The translations under genes and the position numbers were made by a program. Of a DNA stretch of 64,000 nucleotides, positions 9,592-19,326 are shown in pieces. A model generated the notes under the pieces. It was given only the letters and a program-made list of their open reading frames with translations, was not told the DNA's origin and made no database searches. The stretch comes from Candidatus Micrarchaeota archaeon (GTDB lineage: Archaea; Micrarchaeota; Micrarchaeia; Norongarragalinales; Norongarragalinaceae): contig JACQQD010000003.1 of assembly GCA_016207165.1 (NCBI GenBank), positions 47,343 to 111,342 on the forward strand, in the 5' to 3' direction. Within the stretch, counting starts at the first letter, position 1. Every line of letters begins with the position of its first letter.

Positions 9592-10998
9592 ATGAATATG
9601 CCGAAATTCTTCAACACATTGACCCGCAAGAAGGAAGCGTTCAAGCCCCTCCAGAACAACTTAGTGCGCTGGTACGCATGCGGCCCCACGGTGTACAATT
9701 ATCCCCACATCGGCAACTACCGCGCGTACGCGTTTGTTGACTTGCTCCGCCGCTTTCTGGAATGGAAGAACTACAAAGTCATGCTGGTCATGAACATCAC
9801 GGATGTGGACGACAAAACCATCCGCGACTCCCAAAAACAAGGCAAAACATTGGAAGAATTCACGCGGTTCTACGAGAAAGGCTTTTTCGAGGACCTGCAA
9901 ACACTGAACATTAAGCCCGCTAACTACTATCCCAGAGCCACGGACCACATCAACGACATGGTCAGCCTCATTGGCGAATTGACGCTGGCCCACAAGGCGT
10001 ACCAAGGCTCAGACGGGTCATGGTACTACAAGATTTCCGAGTTCTTGGACTACGGCAAGCTCTCGGGCCTCCAACAAAAGGACTTGAAAGCCGGAGCCTC
10101 CGGCCGCGTGGCGGCGGATGAATACACCAAGGACAACGTCTCCGACTTCGTATTGTGGAAAGCCTGGCAGCCAGACGACGGCGACGTGTACTGGGAAACC
10201 CGTCTTGGAAAAGGAAGGCCCGGCTGGCACATTGAATGCTCCGCCATGAGCACCAAGTACCTGGGGTTTAGCTTTGACATCCACACCGGCGGCGTGGACT
10301 TAAAATTCCCCCACCACGAAAACGAGATTGCCCAGTCGGAAGGCGCGTCCAAAAAACCGTTTGTCAAGTACTGGCTGCACAACGAGCACCTCCTGGTTGA
10401 AGGCAAGAAAATGTCAAAATCCCTGGGCAACTTCTACACGCTGCGCGACTTGTTGGACAAAAACCTCAAACCCGCGGCCATCCGCTACGCGCTCATTGCC
10501 ACGCACTACCGAAGCCAACTGAACTTCACGTTTGACGTGGTGCACGCCGCAGAAAAAACGCTGGACCGCCTCCAAGACTTTTTGGCTCGAGCGAAAGAAG
10601 CGGATGGAAAAAACAATCCCGGCTTGGAAAACGCGATCAAAAACACGAAAAAACGATTTGAAGACGCGTTGGACGACGACTTGGACGTCGCGCAGGCCCT
10701 CTCGGCGGTCTTTGAACTGGAGCACCAAGCCAACAAGGCCATGGCGCTGGGCCACGTCTCCAAAAAACAAGCCGAACGAATCGCAGACTTCTTTTGGAAC
10801 GATTTTAACGCGGTCTTCGGCGTCCTGGAAAAAAAGTCCGCCACCGTGCCGAAAACCGTTTTGGACCTCGTGGAGAAACGGGAAGCCGCCCGAAAAAAGA
10901 AGGACTTCAAGGCCGCGGACGCGCTTCGAAACCAAATCAAGGAAAAGGGCTTCGAGGTCGTGGACGAGGCCACTGGGCCCCGGCTGAAAAAAACCTAA
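9592..10998 (+). CDS. cysS: Cysteine--tRNA ligase
   Basis: CGPTVY, HIGN, GRPGWHIECSAM, FPHHENE, KMSKS. Confidence 0.97.
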   Translation: MNMPKFFNTLTRKKEAFKPLQNNLVRWYACGPTVYNYPHIGNYRAYAFVDLLRRFLEWKNYKVMLVMNITDVDDKTIRDSQKQGKTLEEFTRFYEKGFFEDLQTLNIKPANYYPRATDHINDMVSLIGELTLAHKAYQGSDGSWYYKISEFLDYGKLSGLQQKDLKAGASGRVAADEYTKDNVSDFVLWKAWQPDDGDVYWETRLGKGRPGWHIECSAMSTKYLGFSFDIHTGGVDLKFPHHENEIAQSEGASKKPFVKYWLHNEHLLVEGKKMSKSLGNFYTLRDLLDKNLKPAAIRYALIATHYRSQLNFTFDVVHAAEKTLDRLQDFLARAKEADGKNNPGLENAIKNTKKRFEDALDDDLDVAQALSAVFELEHQANKAMALGHVSKKQAERIADFFWNDFNAVFGVLEKKSATVPKTVLDLVEKREAARKKKDFKAADALRNQIKEKGFEVVDEATGPRLKKT

Positions 10999-11627
10999 CC
11001 ACGAAGGTCCTGAAACGTTTTGTAGCCTTCCACCAAAAACAAGAATGCGGGAAGCAGGGGCGGAAAAACCGCGTCGAGACGGCCGACCCACAACGTGAAA
11101 AACAATCCGCCGAAAAGCAGGGCATCCCGCAGCAAGTACTTCTGGCGTTCCACGGCATTGGACGCGTCCTGGGTTTTTCCTTCCTGGACCAGACGGTCAA
11201 TGAATACCATCGTCAACGCAAACGACAGGAACACCAAACCAAACAGCGGCGCCACAAAAAACGGGTCCACGCGGTCGCGAAACGCATACAAAACCGCCAA
11301 AAAGACGCCCAAGCCCGTGAACACGGAAAGCCAGACCGTCACGCCTTTTTGCTTGGACAAATTGACTTTGACTTGTTCAAGGTCCGACAGCAAACCAAAA
11401 AACATCTGGAAGCGGTTGCCGCGCCACTCCTTGGGAAAATCAAGGAAACGAACGGCCAAGGACCCAAACAACAGCAAAAATTCCAAGCCGTACGCGGCGC
11501 CCAACACCTTGAGGGAAAACGCGTCAAAGAAAACTCCGGAAACGGATTTGACCAACGCATCAAAAAGGTACAACAAAAGAAGCAAGTGAACGGCGAAAAC
11601 GCCGAGGCGATCCAAGGAAAAGCGCAT
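10995..11627 (-). CDS. Multi-pass membrane protein
   Basis: Five to six hydrophobic segments. Confidence 0.7.
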   Translation of the reverse strand: MRFSLDRLGVFAVHLLLLLYLFDALVKSVSGVFFDAFSLKVLGAAYGLEFLLLFGSLAVRFLDFPKEWRGNRFQMFFGLLSDLEQVKVNLSKQKGVTVWLSVFTGLGVFLAVLYAFRDRVDPFFVAPLFGLVFLSFALTMVFIDRLVQEGKTQDASNAVERQKYLLRDALLFGGLFFTLWVGRLDAVFPPLLPAFLFLVEGYKTFQDLRG

Positions 11628-11633
11628 GCTGTT

Positions 11634-14285
11634 TCACGCCTTCTTGCCGCGGGCAAAACGCGTGGACCCGCCGCCTTTGGCCCCCGCGGCGTTCAAAAGA
11701 GCAGTGGCATCCTGTTTGGACGAGTCATGCGTGGCAGCCACGACCAAGCCCGTCTTGGTCCAAAGCACGCAATCGATTTTCTTCGCCAGCTCCGTGGCCA
11801 AAAGCTCTAGCGTCTTCATGTCGTCAAACGGCACTTCCTTGTTGACTTGAACCTGTTTCTTGGCCAACGCCTCGTCCAACACTTTCCTGGCAAACGACGC
11901 CGCCAAGAGGTCCTGGCTCTTCTCCACTTTCTTTTGCGCTTCCTTCCATTCTTCAAAAAGCCGGTTCACGCCGGAAGGCAATTGGTCCGCCGACACGCTT
12001 AAAACCGAGGCGGCCTCGTCCAACACTTTTTCCTGGTGCTGCACGAACTCCAAGGCTTTCGGCCCCGCACGGTAGCGGAGGCGAATGACGCCGTCCTGGA
12101 CTTGGTCCACGCCGGTAATCTTCAGAAAACCAACTTGGTTCGTCGCGGTCCGGTGGATTCCGCCGCACGCCTCCGCATCCCAATCTTGGATGGTCACCAC
12201 GCGAATGGTCTTGCCAATGGCGCCGCCGCCCTGGTACAACCGGAAACCGTGTTCTTGTTCGGCGCGCCCCCGGTCCATTTCCTGGACCGTCACGGCCCGC
12301 GCCTGCATGATGACTTCGTTGGCCACCCGCTCCATTTCCTGGACTTTCTCCAGGGACGGGCGTTCAAAGTGCGTCACGTCCACGTGCGCCTCGGCTTCCT
12401 CCTTTTTGGAGCCGTGTTGCCACACGTGGCCGCCCAGCACTTTCCGAGCGGTGGCAATCATGATGTGGGTGGCGGTGTGATGCCTGGAAATGCTTTCCCG
12501 GCGCGGCACGTCCAATTGCAGCAACACATCCTGGTTGAGCGTGAAATCCGACGCGTTGGAAACGTAGTGGATGACGACGGAACCCTGTTTTTGGACGTCC
12601 ACCACGTCCACGCCCTCCATGAACCCGTGGTCAGCGGCTTGGCCTCCGCCTTCCGGATAAAACAGCGTGCGGTCCAGCACCACGGCGTTGAAAAGAAAGT
12701 CCACGTGCAGGACTTTGGCGTGCGTCTGTTTCAGCGTGGCGTCCAAGTAATACAGTAACTGGGTGGGGGGAAGCGGGGGCAAAACGATTTTGGTTTTGGG
12801 ATCTTTTTCCGAATCCTCGTCGGAGTGGTCTTTCCCCATGACGTGTTTTTCGGTGAGCTGCTTGTAGAATTCGGAAGGGATTTGGATGGATTTGCCGGCG
12901 GCTTTCTCCAAGAGTTCCGGGGTGATGCCGTGGCTTTCGTACAGCGTCACCATTTCCTTTGTGGACAAGGGTTTTCCGGAGGCGACGACCTGTCGGGCCA
13001 TGCCGGAGGCTTTCTGAAACGACGCCTCGTACTTGCGTTTTTCCACGCCCAAGACCGCAAACACGTCATCCAGGTTCTCGCGGAGTTCCGGGAACACGGG
13101 GTGCAAGTCGTCGGCGTGCAGTTGCATGACTTGTTCCAAATCCACGTTCAAATGGTATTGGTGGATGAACGCCAACGCCCTGCGCAAAAGCACGCGCAAG
13201 TTGTAGCCGCCCGCCGAGTTGGAAGGCAACGCGCCGTCCGTCAACGCGAACAACAAGGCCCGCGAGTGGTCCGCCACGGCGTACAAGGCTTGTTGCGGCG
13301 CGATGGAGTGCTCCAATTCATTCAGTGAAATGGATAGCGCGGAGGCAATCTTTTGCTTCTCTTGCTTGAGGTCCACCGTGCTTTCCACGTCCAAACTCGC
13401 CGAGAGCTTGGCGTAGCGGTCCAAGAGTTCCTGGTCAAGCGACAGCCCGGCCTGGCGCCGCATGAAGGACAACGGCTTGGCAAACACCGCATCGTATGCG
13501 GTGGGCGTGCCGTTGTAGTACCACAGCAGCCGCTCAAAGCCCCACCCCACGTCGATGACTTTGGTGTCCAACTCCTCAAACCCGGCCTTGGACGCGCGGA
13601 ACTGCATGAACACGGAGTTGACCAGCTCCGATCCGTGCGCAAAGGACTCCATGGAGGGGCCGAACGCGGAAAAATCCGGCATGTTCCAGACGTCCTCGCC
13701 GTAGATGAGGTCCTCCTTGGAAACGCCCAACACGCCAGTGAGAAAATCGAAGTTGTACTGCAGGCACTCTTCCTTCCAGTAGCCGTCTTGGGGGGCGTTA
13801 AACGCGTGCTGGCCCGCCATCATGAAACACGAGAAATGCCTTCCCGTAATACCGATGTTGGCGATGTCCGGAAAACGCAGGCACATCTGCGGCACCATCA
13901 ACGGGTTGGCGGGATACTCAAAGACGACTTTGCCTTGCTCCAACCGCTGAAAATCCACGATGGAGGCAATGGTAAAGGGTAAATCGTCGCGCCACCGGGA
14001 CACCACGGGATACCGGGGAATCACGGCGTGGCCGTTTTTCTTCCAGAAACCCGCGAACTTCTTCCAGAAACTCGCGTACGTCTCGGCCCGAGGCTGTTCA
14101 CGGAAAAACGCGTATTGTTCATGCGAAGAGTCGCCGCACGTGTCGCGGGCCGAAACGGACCAAAAACCCTTGCCGCAGATTTTGCACGCGTACCGGGAAA
14201 AGCCCTGCTCGTCAAACAAGGGCACCTGGTAGTACTTGGAATAATCCTCCCGGAACGTGTCCACGAGCGTTTTCTTGGAGAGCAT
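11634..14285 (-). CDS. alaS: Alanine--tRNA ligase (archaeal type)
   Basis: N-terminal CxxC, RWRDD..FTIASI, IDVGWGFER, YPEGGGQ, HHTATH, EACGG, GGGS. Confidence 0.97.
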   Translation of the reverse strand: MLSKKTLVDTFREDYSKYYQVPLFDEQGFSRYACKICGKGFWSVSARDTCGDSSHEQYAFFREQPRAETYASFWKKFAGFWKKNGHAVIPRYPVVSRWRDDLPFTIASIVDFQRLEQGKVVFEYPANPLMVPQMCLRFPDIANIGITGRHFSCFMMAGQHAFNAPQDGYWKEECLQYNFDFLTGVLGVSKEDLIYGEDVWNMPDFSAFGPSMESFAHGSELVNSVFMQFRASKAGFEELDTKVIDVGWGFERLLWYYNGTPTAYDAVFAKPLSFMRRQAGLSLDQELLDRYAKLSASLDVESTVDLKQEKQKIASALSISLNELEHSIAPQQALYAVADHSRALLFALTDGALPSNSAGGYNLRVLLRRALAFIHQYHLNVDLEQVMQLHADDLHPVFPELRENLDDVFAVLGVEKRKYEASFQKASGMARQVVASGKPLSTKEMVTLYESHGITPELLEKAAGKSIQIPSEFYKQLTEKHVMGKDHSDEDSEKDPKTKIVLPPLPPTQLLYYLDATLKQTHAKVLHVDFLFNAVVLDRTLFYPEGGGQAADHGFMEGVDVVDVQKQGSVVIHYVSNASDFTLNQDVLLQLDVPRRESISRHHTATHIMIATARKVLGGHVWQHGSKKEEAEAHVDVTHFERPSLEKVQEMERVANEVIMQARAVTVQEMDRGRAEQEHGFRLYQGGGAIGKTIRVVTIQDWDAEACGGIHRTATNQVGFLKITGVDQVQDGVIRLRYRAGPKALEFVQHQEKVLDEAASVLSVSADQLPSGVNRLFEEWKEAQKKVEKSQDLLAASFARKVLDEALAKKQVQVNKEVPFDDMKTLELLATELAKKIDCVLWTKTGLVVAATHDSSKQDATALLNAAGAKGGGSTRFARGKKA

Positions 14286-14343
14286 GGCCACCAGCTTTAG
14301 GCTTTCGGCAACTATTTAATCTTGGCCTCGGTAGTTGTTCAAA

Positions 14344-15855
14344 ATGAAGGAAGCCTTCAACGTCAAAGTCTACGACATCGAACAAGGCCGAAACGAAGTC
14401 GTTTTGAGCGCCAAGCAGGCCCGCCGCATGGGCGTCGACGTTTCCGGCCGCGTCGAACTATCCGTCGGAAAAAAGAAAACCACGGCCATCGTGAACCTGG
14501 CGCACCGGACCGTTTCAAACCACGAAATCGGCGTGTTCTGGGAAGCCGTGCAGGAACTCAAACTCAAAAACGGGCAAAAAATATCCGTGTCCCCGCTACG
14601 GCCGCCCGCGTCCCTGGACGCCATCCGGAGAAAACTGGACGGCAAGACGTTGGAACCCGTCGAAGTGCGTAGCATCATCACCGACTTGATGAACGGCCAC
14701 TTGGCGACCCCCGAACTGGCCGCGTTCATCGCGGCGGTCCACACGCGCGACATGACCATCGAGGAAACCACCGCGCTCACGGAAGCCATCTACCAGAGCG
14801 GCGAACGATTGACGTTCAAAAAAACAAAACCCGTGCTCAGCGAGCACAGCATCGGCGGCGTGGCCGGAGACCGAACCAGCATGCTGTTCGTACCCATCAT
14901 GGCGTCTTTGGACGTGTTGGTACCCAAAACCTGCAGCCGCGCGATTTCCTCGGCCGCCGGCACCGCCGACGTCATGGAATTGTTTTGCCCCGTGGACTTG
15001 ACCGCCCAAAAAATGAAGGCCGTCGTCGAAAAAACCAACGGGTGCCTGGTGTGGGGCGGGGCCGTGAACATGGCGGCCGCCGACGACAAGCTCATCCAAA
15101 TCCGCCACCCCCTCCACTTGGACCCCCACCCGCTTTTGTTGTCCAGCATCCTGGCGAAAAAAAAAGCGGAAGGCGCAAAATACGTCATCCTGGATATCCC
15201 CACCGGCATCGGCGCCAAAGTCCGGGAAGTCGAGGAAGCCCGCGCCTTGGCTAAAAAGTTCCGGACTCTCGGCGAACACCTGGAAATCAACGTCGAAGTA
15301 ACCATCACCGACGGTTCCGAGCCTTTGATGCCGTTTGCCGGCCCGGCGCTGGAAGCCAAAGAGGCGCTTAGGACCATGGAAGGATCCGGTTGGAACGGGT
15401 TGGCGGAAAAGTCATGCCAGCTCTCCGGCGTGGCCATCGCGCTTCTTCGAGGCGTCTCACGCGAAGAAGGCTACCGCTTGGCGCGCCACCGCCTCAAAGA
15501 CGGCCACGCCCTGCAGAAATTCTTGGAAATCGTGGCCGCGCAAGGCGGCAAAAAAGAGCCGCAAAGCGCGGACGTTCAAGTCGGAAAATTCCGAGCCACC
15601 GTGTTCGCTCCAGAGGAAGGCACCGTCGAGCACGTGGACAACCGCCGGCTTTCCCGCGTGGCCCGCGCATTGGGCGCTCCGGACGACAAACTGGGGGGCC
15701 TCCACGTGTTAGCCATGAAAGGCGACCGCGTCGAGAAAGGCCAACCCATCTGCGAACTGTACGCCTCAAGCCAAGACAAGCTGGACTACGGCCTCGAGCA
15801 AATCAAGCACTTCAATCCAGTGGACATCGAGAAAATCGTCATCGACGTGGTATAA
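14344..15855 (+). CDS. AMP phosphorylase (thymidine phosphorylase family)
   Basis: N-terminal extra domain, HSIGGVAG, PKTCSRAISSAAGTAD, DIPTGIGAK. Confidence 0.9.
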   Translation: MKEAFNVKVYDIEQGRNEVVLSAKQARRMGVDVSGRVELSVGKKKTTAIVNLAHRTVSNHEIGVFWEAVQELKLKNGQKISVSPLRPPASLDAIRRKLDGKTLEPVEVRSIITDLMNGHLATPELAAFIAAVHTRDMTIEETTALTEAIYQSGERLTFKKTKPVLSEHSIGGVAGDRTSMLFVPIMASLDVLVPKTCSRAISSAAGTADVMELFCPVDLTAQKMKAVVEKTNGCLVWGGAVNMAAADDKLIQIRHPLHLDPHPLLLSSILAKKKAEGAKYVILDIPTGIGAKVREVEEARALAKKFRTLGEHLEINVEVTITDGSEPLMPFAGPALEAKEALRTMEGSGWNGLAEKSCQLSGVAIALLRGVSREEGYRLARHRLKDGHALQKFLEIVAAQGGKKEPQSADVQVGKFRATVFAPEEGTVEHVDNRRLSRVARALGAPDDKLGGLHVLAMKGDRVEKGQPICELYASSQDKLDYGLEQIKHFNPVDIEKIVIDVV

Positions 15856-15860
15856 ACCCA

Positions 15861-16436
15861 ATGGTCACTCATGTCGCCGTGTACCACCAAGTGGAACCAG
15901 CCGGACGCATGCAAAAGCCAGGAACCGCAATCACGTACTTTGAATTCCACGTCGGCACGCCGGAAGAACTGGGAACCACGGCCATTTCTGAATTCAATCC
16001 GGGAAAACTATTGACCCGCGTCGCGGTCCGACGCATACCGTCCAGATACCGCGGCGTCTTGGCAAGAACCCTTCAAACCATGAGAGCCATTGGGTACATG
16101 CGCTACCGAATCGTTCAGAGAGCCGACCGGAAGCGGAAAGCCATCAGCAGCAACGTGTACCCCAAAAAAAGCATTGGAAAGCGCATTCCAGGACTGGGAA
16201 CCCGGTTGGAACGATACGTGACACGGTACCTAAGAAGGTCTCGGTGGGCCGTGCAGTATTTTAGAACCACTAAAAATCCATCCGAGCCCCGTACCAAGCA
16301 AATCGTCGCCCGCGGCGGCCTCCCGAAAGACCAAGATGTGCATTGGCGCCGATGGGAAGCAGGACTCAAGCGGGCGGAGCGCCGGGCGTGGCGCGACCTT
16401 GGACGAAAACGCAAGGAATTGGGGACACCCGTGTGA
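15861..16436 (+). CDS. Hypothetical highly basic orphan protein
   Basis: 191 aa, Arg-rich, 4-nt overlap with the next gene. Confidence 0.6.
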   Translation: MVTHVAVYHQVEPAGRMQKPGTAITYFEFHVGTPEELGTTAISEFNPGKLLTRVAVRRIPSRYRGVLARTLQTMRAIGYMRYRIVQRADRKRKAISSNVYPKKSIGKRIPGLGTRLERYVTRYLRRSRWAVQYFRTTKNPSEPRTKQIVARGGLPKDQDVHWRRWEAGLKRAERRAWRDLGRKRKELGTPV

Positions 16437-16924
16437 AGAATCGTGAAAGACAGATCCGCATTGGTCACGTGCACTTAACCGTTTCAAATCTCTCCCTATC
16501 CATCGCGTTTTACCGGTTGCTGGGATTTGAAATCACGCAAAGAATGGGTGACCAAGCCGCGTTCTTGTCCTCTGGCGGATATCATCACACCATCGGATTG
16601 AACACGTGGAGCAAACCCGGAGCCCAAAAACCACAAAGCGGCCAAATCGGTTTGTACCACGTCGCCATCCTCTACCCGAACCGAATTGAATTGGCCAAGG
16701 CCGTCAAGCGGTTGCTTGCCGCCGGACACGAATTGGATGGGACGGCGGACCACGGCGTGTCGGAATCCGTGTACGTGAAGGACCCCGACGGCAACGGATT
16801 GGAGTTGTACGCCGACCGAAAAGAATCCGATTGGCCCCGCGACGCGCAAGGAAACCTCAACATGGCCACGAATCCACTGGATTTGAACGCGTTGCTTCAA
16901 GACGCCGAAACCCATTCGAAGTAA
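16433..16924 (+). CDS. VOC/glyoxalase family protein (CatE-like)
   Basis: GHVHLTV, GGYHHTIGLNTW, GLYHVAIL, DHGVSESVY.KDPDGNGLELY. Confidence 0.9.
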   Translation: MKNRERQIRIGHVHLTVSNLSLSIAFYRLLGFEITQRMGDQAAFLSSGGYHHTIGLNTWSKPGAQKPQSGQIGLYHVAILYPNRIELAKAVKRLLAAGHELDGTADHGVSESVYVKDPDGNGLELYADRKESDWPRDAQGNLNMATNPLDLNALLQDAETHSK

Positions 16925-16995
16925 ACGCTTTTTAAGCGGTGTTTTCATGCGTTGTAGGCTTCTGTTCCTTTCAAACTGAAAGGTGATTGTACAAC

Positions 16996-17490
16996 ATGTC
17001 CAAACTGACGATTCCCGCCATGGTGGAAGGCGGCAAAGCCTCCGCCGGCCCGCCCCTGGGTCCCGCACTGGGCCCCACCGGACTGAACATCGGGCAGATC
17101 ATCGCGCAAATCAACGAGAAAACGAAGGCCTTCGCCGGCATGCACGTGCCCGTGAAAGTCGTCGCCGACCCCAAGACCAAGACGTTTGAAATCGAAGTCG
17201 GCACGCCACCCACGTCCGCGTTGCTCAAAAAAGAAGCCGGCATCAAGGAGCCCGTCAAGGAGACGGAAGGCGAGAAAGGCAAGAAAACCATCGGCAACTT
17301 GTCCTTGGACCAAGTCATCAAAGTCGCTCAATCCAAGAAAGACCAGTCCCTGGCCAAGACCCTGAAAAGCCGGGTCAAGGAAGCCGCCGGAACGTGCCTG
17401 TCGTTGGGCATTACCGTGGAAGGCAAAAACCCCAAAGAATTCATTGCCGACGTCTCCGCCGGAAAACACGACGCCAAGCTCAAGGACTAG
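16996..17490 (+). CDS. rpl11: 50S ribosomal protein L11
   Basis: GGKASAGPPLGPALGP, PPTSALLKKE, GTCLSLG; AGGTGA SD. Confidence 0.97.
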   Translation: MSKLTIPAMVEGGKASAGPPLGPALGPTGLNIGQIIAQINEKTKAFAGMHVPVKVVADPKTKTFEIEVGTPPTSALLKKEAGIKEPVKETEGEKGKKTIGNLSLDQVIKVAQSKKDQSLAKTLKSRVKEAAGTCLSLGITVEGKNPKEFIADVSAGKHDAKLKD

Positions 17491-17496
17491 TGTTCC

Positions 17497-17515
17497 GGCT
17501 CCCGGTGTTTTTTCT
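17497..17515 (+). terminator. Small hairpin plus T tract after rpl11
   Basis: CCGG-CTC-CCGG followed by TGTTTTTT. Confidence 0.45.
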
Positions 17516-17636
17516 CCAAATCCGGGCGCGGCCACGCCAACGCGGAGGTTGGAGCCTGGCTCGCGTTGTAAACCGCGACCATTGTTTCCTGCGTGTGGTC
17601 CAAGTGGTGGGCGCGGCGAAAGCCGTCGTAGACTTC

Positions 17637-17939
17637 CTAGTGGATGAAGTCCCGCAGCAAGTCCACGGCCTTTCGGATGGATTGGCCGATCTGTTTTTCG
17701 CTCTTGGCGCCGGAACAAATGACTTTGCCGTTCTTGAACAACAACAGCGTGGTTCCGATGTCTTTCAGGCGCATGATGGCGCCGGGGAACTGCTCCGGCT
17801 CGTATTCGACGTTGTCGACTTCCATGGCGATGTTGAACAAATCCAGTTCCACCTTCAAATTGGCGGAGGCGACGATGTTTTCCACCTTGAACGACATGTC
17901 GACATTCCTAGGCAAGCGCTTCTTTGCTTTCTTCACCAT
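17637..17939 (-). CDS. tbp: Single-repeat (half-size) TATA-box-binding protein
   Basis: VENIVAS, EYEPEQFPG, LLFKNGKVICSGAKS each present once; 100 aa; GGTGAT SD. Confidence 0.88.
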   Translation of the reverse strand: MVKKAKKRLPRNVDMSFKVENIVASANLKVELDLFNIAMEVDNVEYEPEQFPGAIMRLKDIGTTLLLFKNGKVICSGAKSEKQIGQSIRKAVDLLRDFIH

Positions 17940-18074
17940 AGAGCCATCACCGTTTTAAATATGCTTTAAAAAACTTGGGGTCCCGCCTTATAAAGCCTCG
18001 GTTTGGGGTTGGAAAGGGAGGTTTATAAAAGGGGAACGGAACACATAGGATATTCTAAATTTCCAGGTGTAACC

Positions 18075-18353
18075 ATGAAGCGATCCAAAGGGGCGCATTC
18101 CAAGCGCTCCCGAAACCTCCGCGCCAAGGGCCGCGTGGCCATCACGCAGTTTTTGCAGGAATTCAAGGCCGGCGACCGCGTGCGCATCGACGTGAACACC
18201 AACGTGCTTCGCGGACGGCCCACGACCCTGCGGTTTAACCGCAAAACGGGTCTGGTGCTCGGAAAGCAAGGCAAAGCCTACTGCGTGCGCATTCAAGATG
18301 GCGGCAAACCCAAAGAGATGTTCATCCTGAACGCCCACCTCGTCAAGGTGTAA
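18075..18353 (+). CDS. rpl21e: 50S ribosomal protein L21e
   Basis: MKRSKG, FKAGDRVRI, G.P..RF..KTG.V, DGGKPK, HL. Confidence 0.93.
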   Translation: MKRSKGAHSKRSRNLRAKGRVAITQFLQEFKAGDRVRIDVNTNVLRGRPTTLRFNRKTGLVLGKQGKAYCVRIQDGGKPKEMFILNAHLVKV

Positions 18354-18355
18354 AA

Positions 18356-18685
18356 ATGGAATTGATTCAAACCAAGCCCGTATCCATTCCCGAGTCGCTT
18401 GACTTGCTTTTGAAGCGCCAGAAAGACGGAGAACTGGGGTACGAACAGCAAAACACGTTGACGCATCTGGAAGCCGTGGCCAAGATGGACGGAAAAGACG
18501 CTAAGGCCATGGAAAAAGAGCTCAAGGCCGCCGTGGCGTCGATTTCAGACGCTCAGCTGGCCGCGCTCGTCTCGATTGTGCCCAAGAACGCCGATGACGT
18601 GCGCCAGGTGCTGGCCCAAGAGAAAAGCGAGGCCACCGAAGACGACGTCAAGAACATCCTGGCTATCCTGAAAGCCAAAAAATGA
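18356..18685 (+). CDS. rpoF: RNA polymerase subunit Rpo4/RpoF
   Basis: ELGYEQ motif; conserved position after rpl21e. Confidence 0.85.
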   Translation: MELIQTKPVSIPESLDLLLKRQKDGELGYEQQNTLTHLEAVAKMDGKDAKAMEKELKAAVASISDAQLAALVSIVPKNADDVRQVLAQEKSEATEDDVKNILAILKAKK

Positions 18686-18743
18686 GGGGGGGCTTTAAAT
18701 TGCCCTTTCGCCTAAACTGATTTTGCGAGGCGTATGGATTGCC

Positions 18744-19322
18744 ATGTTCAAAAGGGAGGAGAACGCGTTCGTCCTGGATTTCTTGCCCCAGGGAAAGTCC
18801 GGGGAAGCCAAGCGCGAGCCCGTGGTCCAGCTTTTGGGCGACGCACAGTTCACGTTGCTTGAAGCCACGCCCAAACCCGGCGAAGCCTTGGCGTTGGGCG
18901 AAGAAGTCTACATCGGGCGCGGCGACCGCAACAAAGTCACGCACATCCGCGGCCGCATCCAGTACAATCAGTTGACCAACGCGGCACAACGGGAACTGGA
19001 AGTTCAAGTGGGGCAAATCGTTTTGCGCCGCGAAGCCGAATTCGTGCATTTTCTCAACCGCGCGGGCTCGATTTCCATCCGCGTGCACGCGTTGGAGCTT
19101 CTGCCTTCCATCGGCAAAAAACACTTGCAAGCCCTGCTCTCGGAACGCGAGAAAAAACCGTTTGAAAACTTCGCCGACGTCAACGCACGCGTGCACAACC
19201 TGGGCCGGGTCGACGAAATCTTCACGCAACGCATTTTAAGCGAACTGCGGGGCGACGAAAAGTACTACTTATTCGTCAAGATGCCCAGCCGCGACGACGA
19301 ACCCCGAAGACGGCGCTTCTAA
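18744..19322 (+). CDS. DUF655 predicted RNA-binding protein
   Basis: VLDFLP, FTLLE, HALELLPSIGKK, KYYLFV; conserved operon position. Confidence 0.88.
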   Translation: MFKREENAFVLDFLPQGKSGEAKREPVVQLLGDAQFTLLEATPKPGEALALGEEVYIGRGDRNKVTHIRGRIQYNQLTNAAQRELEVQVGQIVLRREAEFVHFLNRAGSISIRVHALELLPSIGKKHLQALLSEREKKPFENFADVNARVHNLGRVDEIFTQRILSELRGDEKYYLFVKMPSRDDEPRRRRF

Positions 19323-19326
19323 AGCC

